DNA of 63,803 nucleotides, filler included, from Chrysochromulina tobinii (Eukaryota): NCBI GenBank assembly GCA_001275005.1. It is 5 parts of 5 records of this genome, joined end to end, with 100 filler letters (N's around TTAATTAATTAA, not from the genome) between each part and the next. Parts side by side here need not be neighbours in the genome. Positions count along the whole stretch, not along the records: positions 1 to 22,284 come from JWZX01001370.1; positions 22,385 to 39,592 come from JWZX01001372.1; 3 more parts are not named here. One strand, 5' to 3'. Shown piece by piece: positions 11,758 to 22,671 of this stretch (position 1 is its first letter; each line of letters starts with the position of its first letter). The notes under the pieces were generated by a model. It saw only the letters and a program-made list of their open reading frames with translations, ran no database searches and was not told where the DNA came from. The position numbers and the translations under genes were made by a program.

Positions 11758-12583
11758 TCAGCGCCGCGCACGCTTCTTCGATGTAGCGGTGGTGGCGGCA
11801 GCGGCTGGTGCCTTCCGCTTGGATGTTGTGGTGCCCTTCTGCTGCTGCGGGTGCACGAGGGGGCTTGCAGACATGCTCCGCTTGAAGACAAGGTCGAGCC
11901 ACGCATCGCGCTTCTCGCCAAAGGTCATGGTCGCCATTGCGGGCGACACCGATGGCGGAATGACAAGCTCGATGCCGCCCTGCAAGGCGGGACAAGTCAC
12001 CGTCTTCGCAAAGACGTCCAGCGCAGACGCACCGCCGCAGCGGAACGCACCGCGCCCTAGCCACTCGCCAAAGTGCTTGCGAAATTTGACTGCCGAGCCC
12101 ATGCCGGTGGCGAAGACAATTCGCTCGATGGAAGGATGGCGGGCAACAAACCCGCCAATGTCGGCGGTGACCTCTTCTTTGATGTCCGAATCCAGCGAAC
12201 CCTTCCGCACGCTCGACTCTATGAAGTCCCACACTGCAAAGCCAGCTGCGGTGAGACGACGAGTGGCTTCGGCATAGTCAACAGCCGGCAAGTTTGGTGT
12301 GAGGAATTTCGCAATAGCCGGAACCACGTCGCCATTTGGGCGGCTTTGGTTCTGGTGAAAGCCGCGGCGGAACCCCATCCCGGGCCGGCAAGATTCCAGC
12401 GCCTCGCCCACAATGTGCCAAAAGCTGTTGGTGTCGCTGCCGAAATACCAGCCTGCGCCAATTGACTTCACCGACGGCTGCGTGCCCAGAATAAGCGTGT
12501 GGGGCGCGACGGCCTCGTCGTAGAGGGGCGAAAACGAGCCCGTCCTGCGGCCGCCGCCGCCGTGCTCCTTCTCGAGCGTGCGT

Positions 12584-12626
<43 letters not shown>

Positions 12627-12666
12627 GCGAGGGAGATGGCGTCGCTTGCTTCCTCCTTCGCTTCAT
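11758..12666 (-). CDS. UDG-superfamily family 6 (hypoxanthine/deoxyinosine DNA glycosylase-like) protein
   Basis: LILGTQPSVKS..YFGSDTNSFW, VWDFIESSVRKGSLDSDIKEE, HPSIERIVFATG and PSVSPAMATMTFGEKRDAW resemble family-6 motifs; basic NLS-like termini. Confidence 0.8.
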
Positions 12667-12833
12667 ACCGCCGACCACAAACACAAAAGGCGAGCGCGCC
12701 GCGCCGCGCCCGTACCGAGGAGGCGACCGAGTTTGAACAGCCAATTCACAACCAATGTTTATATCTCGACACACAATTCACAGCCAATGTTTAATTCACA
12801 CTGAACGCAGTCTGCATTCGGCTTCCCGCGCCG
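12667..12833. promoter_or_regulatory. Compact bidirectional promoter with repeated CCAAT/CAATTCAC motifs
   Basis: 167-nt AT-richer spacer between divergent ATGs containing CAGCCAATTCACAACCAATGTTT..CAATTCACAGCCAATGTTTAATTCAC. Confidence 0.5.
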
Positions 12834-15800
12834 ATGGCGAAGGCCGCCACATTGCAGCCGTCGACGACCGCGCTGAGCAGCGCGCTCCGGGAGATTGAGC
12901 GCTCGCATCAAGCCGAGCAGGCCGCACGCCAGGCGGCAGCCGACGCGACGGCCGCGAGGGCCCTCGAGGCGGAGGCGACCGCAGCTGCCGAGGCGGAGCT
13001 GGCGCAACAACGTCGCGAGGTGCATCGTCAGCTGCGCGCGGCGGACGCGGCGCGGCGCTCTGTGACCCTGCGCTCCGCCGTCGACGGCGCGCTGCTGCGC
13101 GAGGCGCTCGCCGAGGCGGAGGACGAGTGCTCTCGCGTGCACGCCGAGCTGCGCAAGGTGCAGCGCAGCAGTTTGGATGCGGCTCAGCGCAGCAGCTTTG
13201 ACGCGGCGCAGCGGAACGAGACGCGCGCCGCCGTGCGCGCGCAGTGCGATCGCGTCATCGAGCTCGCCTCCGCCGCGGTGATCGCTGCCTCCCCGTCGGA
13301 CCATCGGCCTGCTCTTCAGTCCGGCCGCTCGCCGCCACGGCGCACGGCCGTGGACGGCGTCGGGTTTGCGTCGCCCGCAGCGGCCTGGCCACCGTACTCC
13401 GCGGCGGCCGAGTACCACGAGGAGCCCGCGCCGGCGCATGCCCCAACAGAAGCGTGGCTCAACTCGCTGATGGCTCGGCACGAGGCGGCACATGACGAGC
13501 GCCTCTCCGAGGTGCGCGCAGGACACGGCGTGCCAGATTCCTGAGTGCCCTCGACTTGCCTTGATGAGTACTCACTCGAGAGGCCGTGGCTGCAGGTGCT
13601 CGCGCACGTGGCCGAGCTTGAGGCGGCCTGCGCGAGCCTCGAGCGTGAGAACGCGGTCCTGGCTCATCAGCTCAGCGCGAGCGAACAGCGCGAGGCGCAC
13701 AGCACGACACACGCCCAGCACAGCGCCCAGCACAGCGCCCAGCACAGCGCGAGTCGCGCCGGAACCGACGCCCAACACGACGCTGAGGCGGACGCACGCG
13801 CGCTGCGCACGGCGCGCGAGCGCCTCCTCGAGGCGCAGCAAGGGGCCGCGAGCGCCTTGGAGCGCACAGCCGTCGCCGAGCTGCGCTGTACGATCGCCGA
13901 GCGCGTGGCTGCCTCCGCCGAGGTAGCGACCCGCGCCCTCCTGCTCGAGCTACGGCCGCTCGAGGCACAGCTTGGGCATGAACGGCTCGCGACGTCGCGG
14001 GCGGCCGCGGCCGCGGCCGAGGCGGTGGGGCGGGCGAGCGAGCTGCAGGACGCGCACCGCCGAGCTGAGGAGATCTCGGGTGAGCTCGAGGTGGCCAAGG
14101 CAGCCGCGGCCGCTGCGGACGCCAGCGCGCGTACCCTCGCGATGGAGCTCTCGAACGCTCGCGAAGCGAGCTCCGCCCTTGAGCTCAAGATGCAGCGGCT
14201 CCAGAACGAGGTGGCGCTCGAGGCGCAAGCACGCCGGCAGGCGGGCGCGGCGAGCGAGCGTGAGCGGTCGGCGGCGCAGCGTGCGGCGCTCCTCTGCCTC
14301 GGGCTGTCCCTCAACGAGGAGGAGTCCCATTGGGCGGCCGAGCGGCACGCGCGAAGGATCGAGTCGGTCATGTCCAAGGGCGAGACGATGCGTGCGATGG
14401 CCGAGGCGGCCGAGGAGCGCAGCAAGCGGCACGAGCTTGAACAGACTCTCGGCGCTCGGATCGCCCAGGTGATGGCTGCTGATGACGACTGATGACGACT
14501 GATGACGACTGATGACGACTGATGACGACTGATGACGGCGATCGGATCGCCCAGGTGATGGCTGCTGATGACGACTGATGGCCGCTGATTGCTACGGATG
14601 GCCTCGGATGGCCTCGGATGGCCTCGGATGGCCTCGGATGGCCTCGGATGGCGATTGAGGGCCACTGCTTGCATCTGACGGATCGCTTCGCCGGATCGCT
14701 CAGATGGAGGCGATGCTCGTGGCGACCGTCGAGTCCAAGGAGGCGGCCGAAGCCGAGGCTGAGCACCAGCGCGAGCAGCAGCAGCAGCAGCAGATGATGA
14801 TGATGTCGATGGTCGAGCGGGTGGACGCGATGGACGCAGCGGCCGCGGCGGCCGAGCACGCCATGTCGACGTCGGCCGAGGAGTTCGCAGAGGCGGCCGC
14901 CGCGCAAGTTGAGGTCGCTGCCGCCCGTGCCGCCGCAAGCTCGCTTCGTCAACGGCTTGGGGTTGGCGATGCCCGCGGCGCGGCCGAGCCGCCGACGCCA
15001 CCGAGCCGCGCGCCCGCTGCCACGCCGACCGCCACGCCGACCGCCACGCCGAAAGGCACGCCCGCCGAGAGCGCTGCCGAGCGGTTCGTGCACAAGAGGC
15101 ACGCGGAGCTCGTCCAGAAGTTAGAGCTCGAGCTGGCCGAGGCGCACGTCGCCTTCGACACCGAGCGCGCCCGTGCACAGCGGGAGGCGGCGAGCTTGCA
15201 GGCGGCCCTCGAGAATGCCAATTCGCTCCTCGCCGCCGAGCGATTCGCCGCCGAGCGCCTCGTCGCCGAACGCCTCGACGCCGAGGGTCGCCGAACACTC
15301 GCCGCCACGCCCGCCTCTCCCGCCGCCTCACCTGCCGCCCCGCCCTCCGCCGCGCCCGCGCAGGGGATGCGCACGCTGGGCGGCTTGCTGAGCAAGATGC
15401 CGGCCGCATCGGCGGTGCGAGCTGCTCAGGAGAGCGCGGCGGCCGCGCAGGGCGAGGCGGCGGCGCTCGAGACGGCGCTCATGCTCGCGCAGCTCAATTT
15501 GGAACGCGAGGCGCAGAGCCGCGAGGCGCTCGAGACGGCGCGGGACGAGGCGGTGGCGGCCGTGGCGCAGGCGGCGAGGACGGAGGCGGAACTGCGGGCC
15601 GAGCTCGGTGCGGCGCGTGTGGCGCTCGAGACGACGCGTGACGAGCTCGGTGCGGCGCGTGCGGAGCTCGAGACGACGCGTGACGAGCTCGGGCGAGCGC
15701 TCGAGATGAGCCACGCGCAGCTCGCCGCGGAGCTCGTCACCTCGGACCAAGCGGCGCGCGGTGCGATGGCCTTGCTCAGCCAGGCCGAAGCGGAGCTGCA

Positions 15801-17796
15801 GCAGGTGCACGCACACGCGGCCGCGCAGGTGGCGGCGAGCAGCCAGGACGGCGCGCGCCAGCTCGAGGTGATCGGAGCGCGCGTCGAGGCACTCGCCCTC
15901 GCCATGGACGGAATCGCGACGGCGGCAGAGCGGCTACAAGTCCAAATCGGGAATGCCGAGCGCGCGGAGGCCCAAGGGCGGCGCCGGCTGATCGAGGAGG
16001 CCGTCGAGGCGGCGCGAACGCAACTCGAAGAGGCTCTCAGCGTGGCGACGGCCGAGGCGCAGGCGCTCGACGCCGAGGCGGCGGTCGTGCTCAAGCTAGA
16101 GCGCGCGCGTGGTCGCATCGAGGCGGGACTTCTCGCGGTCGATCTCGCGTGCGAGGAGCGCGTGGTCGCCTCGCAGTTTGCAGCCGCCGAGGCGCGCGCG
16201 CGCGCGGCCGACTCTCGCGACGTGGTGACGCGCGAGACGTTCGGCTTGGAGGTGCGTGCGCTCGAGCGACGCGCCGCCACCGCACGCACCCATGCGGCAC
16301 GCGCGCTCCAGGGCGTACGTGACAAGTCGGCCGAGGCGAGCGGCGCCGTGGCGGCGGCGGAGGAGGCGCAGCGTGAGCGGCGCGTCGCGGAGGCAGATGC
16401 GGCGGCGGCGACCTCCCGAGAGGAGGCGCTCAAGGCGCGGCTCGCGTCGATGATCGACGAGCTGAGTGCGGCAAAGGCCGCGGCGAGCGCCGCGAGCGCG
16501 GCGGCGCAGCGCGCCGAGGGCCAGGCGGCCGAGATGGCGGCGCGGCGAGCGTCGGGGTGGGAGGACGAGCTTCGTCTGGCGCGCGCGCGCTGGGAGGCGG
16601 AGCGCGGCCGCGAGGATGGCGCGACTCTCGAGCGGCAGCAGCAGGCGCACGAGAGGCTACTCGAAGATCGTGAGGATGAATGGGCAGCTGCTCTCGCCGC
16701 CGAACGCGCCGATCACCGCGACGCCCTCGCCCGCGAGAGGGAGAGGCTCCAGTCTCTTCTCGAGGAGGAAGTACGCCGACGGCAAGAGGCCGAGGACGTA
16801 GTCGACTCGACGATCGCACAGCAGCGTGCGCTCGGCCGTGGCTGGGGCGCGCCCGTCCTCACGAGCCGCTCGACGCAGACGACGCGCAGCGCGCTGCACG
16901 AGGAGGAGGAGAGCGCGGCCGTGGCCTCCGAGGCTTCCAAGGCGCGCGCCAAGGCGGTCGCCGCGGCGGCGCTCGAGGCGCGTGCGGCGGCCGAGGCGGC
17001 GGCCGAGGTGCGCGTGCGCGAGGTGACCGCGGCACACGCGGCCGCTCTCTCTGAGGTTCGTCAACAACTCGATCTCGCCGAGCAGGAGCTCGCGGAGGAG
17101 CGCCGCTGCCGCCGAGCCATCGAGCAAGCGGCCAAGCAAGGCGCGCACGAGGCGATGACCGAACAGGCGCGATGGCGCGCCGCCGCCGCTGAAGGGTGGC
17201 TCACCGCTGGTCGCGAGGCCAAGCGACGGCAGGCTGCACAGCTCGCACGCATGTCGGACATGCTGCAGCTCGGTGGCAGTGGAGGGCCTCTCACGGAGCG
17301 AATCAACGGCGCCGAGCAGCCCGAGGCGCACGGTCTCGGTGTGGAAAGCGCGGACGGCGCTGGAGGAGGGCGCGCTGGGCTTGGTGCGGCGTGGGCGTCG
17401 CCGCGCGCCTCGTCGCCGCGCGCCTCGTCGCCTGTGCCACCCGCCGCTGAGCCGGATGAGGCTCCCTGGCGAGAGTCCGAGCTCATCGCCCTTCAGATGC
17501 TCAGCGGTGGCTCCCCGAGCACAACCGCCGCCGCCTATGCGCCGGCCGCCGCGGCCGCTGGCCGCTCGAGCCTCTTGAGCAAGCACGCGATTGCCTCCCC
17601 TATGGGACCTGCGCGTCACGCGAAGCCGCCGGCGCGCGCCGCGACCCCCAAGACGCGTGCTGCGGGCGCGCCGCCGGCCCCACCCGCACATGTCACCGAT
17701 GGCCGGGCCGTCTCGTTCGGCGGCGTGCCGCTCTCGTCCTCGTTGAGACCGCCGCGCGTGCGCTACGAGGACACGGTTGCGGCGGATCTGGACTGA
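12834..17796 (+). CDS. Large coiled-coil protein, 3 exons (12834-13511, 13596-14468, 14704-17796)
   Basis: Three Ala/Glu/Arg-rich ORFs joined in phase 0 by GT-AG introns 13512-13595 and 14469-14703. Confidence 0.75.
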
Positions 17797-18410
17797 GCAG
17801 TGGACCCCAGGAGTACATATCCCCAGATAAGGACCAGGGCGATGACCCGCAGTGCTGTACACGTTGTATGAAATTACTAACGTTACAAATTAGAAATTCC
17901 ACCCTCAGTCACCGACGACGCGCGACGGGCGTCGGGGGGCGTCCAAAGTAACCAAAACCATCTAACCAAAATCCAAAAACAACATCGTATACGACTCACC
18001 ACACGCGCGCGGGCGCGCGACGAGTACGCGAAGAGCGTCCGCCGCGCGGCCGCCGACCATGCCGCCGACAGACTAGATAGACCGGCGCAAGTTCTTGACC
18101 TTGGGGGAGGGTTCACTACTCAGGTGTAGCGTTACCCTATGGTGTTTCAAGGACAGTGCAGACAACAGTCAGGTCAGTCACTCACCCAAGACTCGCCGCG
18201 CTAAATTCGCTCAGAACTCCAAGAGGACAGATTTAAAGGAAGTATCGACTGCCCGAAACCCCAACCGTCCCACGGAAAGCACACGACAAAACTCAATAAA
18301 CCTCTCGCCACTCGCGGCCGAAGAGCGAAGACCTAGCACCTAGAGGCGTCACGCGGCGGTCATGTGCACGATCTCGTGGGGGATACGGTCCATGGACCAT
18401 GCGGAGAGTT

Positions 18411-18526
18411 ATGCGGAGAGCCCTGAGTATCTTGGGGATCTCTCCGCCGTTACGAGGGGATGGGGTCCCCGCGATAAGCCTCATAGGCACCCTCAGAAAA
18501 AACCGGAATGAGCTTGTATGCTGCTC
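18411..18526 (+). repeat. Interspersed structured repeat family A, copy 1
   Basis: Shares blocks GAGCCCTGAGTAT, TGGGGATCTCTCCGCCGTT, AAGCCTCATAGGCACCCT and GGAATGAGCTTGTATGCTGCTC with 55098-55226 on another contig. Confidence 0.85.
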
Positions 18527-18763
18527 TAATGTGTACACTGTACACGGACGTGTACAGTGACGATGCCGCGCGGCGTGGCGGTAGCCCGTGGTACTTCCTA
18601 ACGGCGGCTCCACCGACCGAAGAGTTGATGCGCTTAGCGCGCACAGGCCTGAAATGATCCGCACAATCTCGAGGAGAAAAAAAGTTCCCAAAAGTTCTGT
18701 CCCGAACAGAAAACAACAGGGCGGTATACTGTACAGTGCCGGGTACGTGGGTGGGGCGGAGCG

Positions 18764-19885
18764 ATGGGCGCCTCTTGGGGAGTTCCTCGAAGCGAGGAGC
18801 GGGGACCTGTTCGCAAGCTACCAACCGTGGTCGTATCTCGACCCGATAACATCAACGAGACGATGCTTCGCAAGGTGGCATCAACGAAACGAGATGACAC
18901 TGTGTGGGTCCCGTCTCGGACATTGGTGAAAAATGGCGAGGTCGTTTCCATCCTGGAGGAGGCCCGCGAAGGTTTCACCAAGATCCGGACGAGCGGCTGT
19001 GTCGATGGCTACATTCGCTCGGAATATCTGCACTCAGCAGAACCGCCAGTGGCCAAGCCGGTGGGCACGATGCACATGACGTTGTATCATGGGACCAATG
19101 GAGCGAATGCCGCAAGTATCTTGGGAGAAGGGCTCCGAGCGTCGACGGGTGGACGCCTCGGGGCTGGGGTGTACTTGACCGACGACAAAGACGTTGCCAA
19201 ACAGGTGGCGCGTCACAGAGGTCTGCAATTTGTGGTGACTGTGGATGTGGAGATTGGCACTGTCAAGGATTATGGCTCCGGCAACCCTAATGCAGCTTGG
19301 CATGGAACATATGACGTAGCGACTGCATTGCACCCACCATGGGCTGGAGTTCAGCATAGCTTCATGGAATACTGCATCGCAGATGCAAACAGGGTGAGAG
19401 TCGTGCGTGTTGAAGGCGCTGTTGCGACTGGCAACCCTTTCGACGAGCCTCAGTTCATCGTGAATGTGAAACATAGCAAGTTCCTCGATACAGATGGCAA
19501 AGATGTTTGCCTTTTGGGTGATGGGAAGGATGCTGGGATATCAGATAGTCGACGATGGGAGATGCGTGCTACTGGACAGGCGGATACGTATTATATCGTC
19601 AACGTGAAGCACAAGGCATTCTTGGACAGTCATGGCCAGACTGGCGGCAAAGGTGTTTGGCTTTGGCAAGGGAAACATGGTCTCGATGTTGGATCATACC
19701 CAAAGAACCTGCAGTGGAGGCTGCAGCAAGTAGATGGTCAACCTGGAGCATATTACATCATCAATGCTGCCTATTCAAAGTTTCTTGATTCACATGGCAG
19801 TGATGTGTGGGTATGGGGCGACGGAAAGGATGTGGGCAGTTACCCAACAATGATTCAGTGGAGGCTCAGCGCCACTGCAGCTTAG
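18764..19885 (+). CDS. SH3-like + Gig2/PARP-like (H-Y-E) ADP-ribosyltransferase + ricin-B-type beta-trefoil protein, intronless
   Basis: TLYHGT..GLRASTGGRLGAGVYLT..FMEYCI triad; three ~45-aa repeats (Y/F)IVNVKHxxFLDSHG..VWxW..QWRL; N-terminal GEVVSILEEAREGFTKIRT..GYIRSEYL is SH3-like; visibly lower GC than neighbours. Confidence 0.85.
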   Translation: MGASWGVPRSEERGPVRKLPTVVVSRPDNINETMLRKVASTKRDDTVWVPSRTLVKNGEVVSILEEAREGFTKIRTSGCVDGYIRSEYLHSAEPPVAKPVGTMHMTLYHGTNGANAASILGEGLRASTGGRLGAGVYLTDDKDVAKQVARHRGLQFVVTVDVEIGTVKDYGSGNPNAAWHGTYDVATALHPPWAGVQHSFMEYCIADANRVRVVRVEGAVATGNPFDEPQFIVNVKHSKFLDTDGKDVCLLGDGKDAGISDSRRWEMRATGQADTYYIVNVKHKAFLDSHGQTGGKGVWLWQGKHGLDVGSYPKNLQWRLQQVDGQPGAYYIINAAYSKFLDSHGSDVWVWGDGKDVGSYPTMIQWRLSATAA

Positions 19886-19989
19886 TGGGGCCTCACAGCG
19901 GCAGCGCCAGGTGACCTTGGGAAGGTGGCAGCGCACGCGCGAGGGCGCAACCCCTCATCCCCCACCCCCCCTCACCGCCTTTGAGAAGG

Positions 19990-20230
19990 CGCAGGACGCT
20001 TTGGGAGCGGGAGGGGGCAGGGTCGGGTTTAGGTCGGATTCGTGGGGGGTGGCCTCTTCTGAGTCGGCTGCCCGTGTGCGGTGTGGGCACCGGGGTTGGT
20101 GTGGTCGTGCGCGTGCGTAGATGAGTCGGTTCTCAAGTCCCTTTGGGTCTGGTTTTGGCCTTTCGTGCATGCTTTCGTGCCGGCCTGTCTCGTGCGTGTC
20201 CACGTATGTGTCCCGCGGCTCCCCCGGTGT
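19990..20230 (+). repeat. Interspersed repeat family C ending ..TGTGTCCCGCGGCTCCCCCGGTGT
   Basis: The reverse complement resembles 49220-49345 and 48290-48332 (CACCGGGGG.AGCCG..GGACAC..CACGAGACAG..GACCACACC.AACCCCGG). Confidence 0.6.
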
Positions 20231-21763
20231 CCTCTGACGAGTTATGTGCGCGATTGAAAGCTTCTATGTTCTATCCTTCTAAGATTTTAAGCTAAAAGCT
20301 ACCGCTGTAATATGACTGTAATATGAGTTCAAAGTTCTAGGGTCGAGTCGAGGGAGTCAAGTCGGCCCGTTCGAGCTTCGTCGTTCGTCCAGCCAACCAG
20401 CGACGAGTCCAGCGGAAGCAGCGTGAAGAGGGCTGTGGTGAAAACCTTGGGCATGTAGAGCTAGCTTTGGCTTCGCTCTGGCAGTCTGGCGCACAAGAGC
20501 GCGCAGATCCATGGCAAGCGAGTGTGGCTCCGACTTCCGTCCGAGGACGTGTCGAAGCTTTCGCGGTGACAGAGAGCCTCGTCGGTGCGGGCATAGCCCC
20601 GTCGATTCACCTGGGCCTCGGAATCATCATCACAGAGGCGTCCATGACGACGAGACGCTGGATAGTTTCGATGCCACTTTTGGGCTCCGGCGTTGGCAAG
20701 AAGGCGGCTAAAAAACTAATACCCGGTAAGCTTGCCAGATCCGTCGAGCGAGACCGGGAGGGCAGCGGAGCCGTCCTTTGAGTTGAGACGGAATGTGGTG
20801 AGCGCGCGGGGGGGCCGCGACATAAACTTACTGTCTGACTGTCCACAGGAAAATTGGTCAGCCAATTCACACCGCGAGTCCGCGACGGCCCCCGCGCGCG
20901 GTCCCTCCCTTGCGTCTGTCTCGGCACTTGGAAGGCGCTGGCCGTTCCGATAAAATTGTACCCAATCAGGATTTCGTCTTTTCTCACACCACTGCATGTC
21001 TATGAAGCAATGCAGCTGTACTAAGACCACAAAGATCAACTTTTTTTCTTCTCTAGTTGACGAAGTTCACCAGGTGCAGACATCACCTATGAAAAAACAC
21101 ATTTGAATTCCATGAGATTTACAAATGACGATCAAACCTATACGAAGACGAAATCCGAAAGGGTTTCGGTAACACTTGTTACGAATCCTACAGAACGGGT
21201 TTTCTGGTGCGGGCGCACCCTGGTGTGGATCGACTTTGTCTTCCCGGTCCTGACTGAGCGCAGAGATGTCAAGAGAAATAAATCAGCCGACTGGAGGGGC
21301 TGCAACAGGGCAGAAGAAGCGCCCGATTGCAAAAACGAGTGCAGAAACGATTGCCGAGATGGACAAGATGCAGATCACTGCACAGTGGATAGAAGAAGAA
21401 ATTCTGTCGGCGCGTCTCGGACCAAAGCTGTCTGAGCGGACATCAGAGCTATCTGAGCGCACATCGCCGCCCCCACCTGTGATTCTACCGCCTCCGTCGC
21501 CTCCAAGGATGCCGCCCACTACTGGCAGCATCTCGGCCGGCACGCCCTTGCCAAAGTCAACGGCCCCTCCGCCGCTGGCGCCACCGTCCACACCCTCACC
21601 ACCGCGGCCTTCGCCACCGCCGCCGCTGAAGCACCCCTCGCCGCCGCTGAAGCACCCCTCGTCGCCCGGGCCGACTTCGCTGCCGCCGCCCCATGGCGCC
21701 ACCTTACGCACGCATGCCAACTCTGCAGCCACTGGACGGAAGGCCACCGCTCTCCAAGGCGAG

Positions 21764-22284
21764 ATGGGTCGATTCGCTTGCCTGCTGTCGATGGTCTTCT
21801 TTGCGATGGCTGGCCTCGTCGTACGGCAGCCTCTGAACAGCTCGTCGGAAATCCGTACACTCCGGCTCGCGTCGCACTACGGATCGCCCGCCTTGGTCTT
21901 CGCGCTGGTTCGCGCCCAAGCTTGAACCCATCCGATCCGAGCTTCATGTCCGGGAGGCCACGCACCCACGCCCCGCACTGTTTGGTGTTCACGGCGTGTG
22001 TTTGATTGCGTTGCGCCCACAGTGCCTCTTGGGGATCGCACCGTCTTGGCAGTTGAGCCTATCGTGCGACAGCATCGACAGCGCCGGGACTTGTACATTC
22101 AGCGTATCAAGGAGCACGACCTCTGGCTCGTACGAGATCAACTACGCCGGAGCCGTCGTGCTCACTGCATCGCTCGGAGCACCTTCGATCAATATCACTG
22201 CCATGAGCCTGGACATGCAGGGCAGCAGCAAGCTCGATGCCTCGGCGCGCGGCTTTGCTCAGCTGAGTGGCACTGGAGCCGGCG
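21764..22284 (+). CDS. 5' part of a secreted/surface protein (exons 21764-21820, 22023->contig end)
   Basis: GT-AG intron 21821-22022 joins MGRFACLLSMVFFAMAGLV to CLLGIAPSWQLSLSCD.. in frame, giving a signal peptide; followed by KLDASARGFAQLSGTGAG (Gly-rich repeat start). Confidence 0.55.
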
Positions 22285-22384
22285 NNNNNNNNNNNNNNNN
22301 NNNNNNNNNNNNNNNNNNNNNNNNNNNNTTAATTAATTAANNNNNNNNNNNNNNNNNNNNNNNNNNNNNNNNNNNNNNNNNNNN
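22285..22384. other. Artificial contig linker
   Basis: N-run + TTAATTAATTAA (stops in six frames) + N-run. Confidence 0.98.
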
Positions 22385-22671
22385 CTTGAGGATGCTGTCC
22401 TCCGCCTCGCAGTGGGCACACGTGCCGCGAATGAGCTCCGGCATCGCTCACCCAGGTACGGTCCAGGTTTACTCGGGTTTTGCGGGAAAAAGTTCAGGTA
22501 AACCGGGTTTGGGTTTTACCCGGCTCGAAACCATTGTTTGGCCTTCGTTGGGGCGGGTTTGAAAAGGTCGCGGTCCCTCATCGCCCCCCACTCAAAAAGT
22601 CAGTTTCAACATACACTGTGGGTCACCCTGACCGTGGCTGGAACGTCTGTGTGGCGCCTCGAACTTTGGCT

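Noticed and set aside
18411..18526. Hammerhead ribozyme or TPP riboswitch
   Set aside because: The core is CUGAGUA rather than CUGANGA, GAAA is absent in copy 1, stem I does not form, and the TPP 3' motifs are missing.
20337..21435. Possible transposon ORF remnants
   Set aside because: Lower GC, but no recognisable transposase, RT or integrase motif in any frame.
22460..22565. Telomeric repeat (GGGTTT motifs)
   Set aside because: Scattered, not tandem; at most a small hairpin or MITE remnant.
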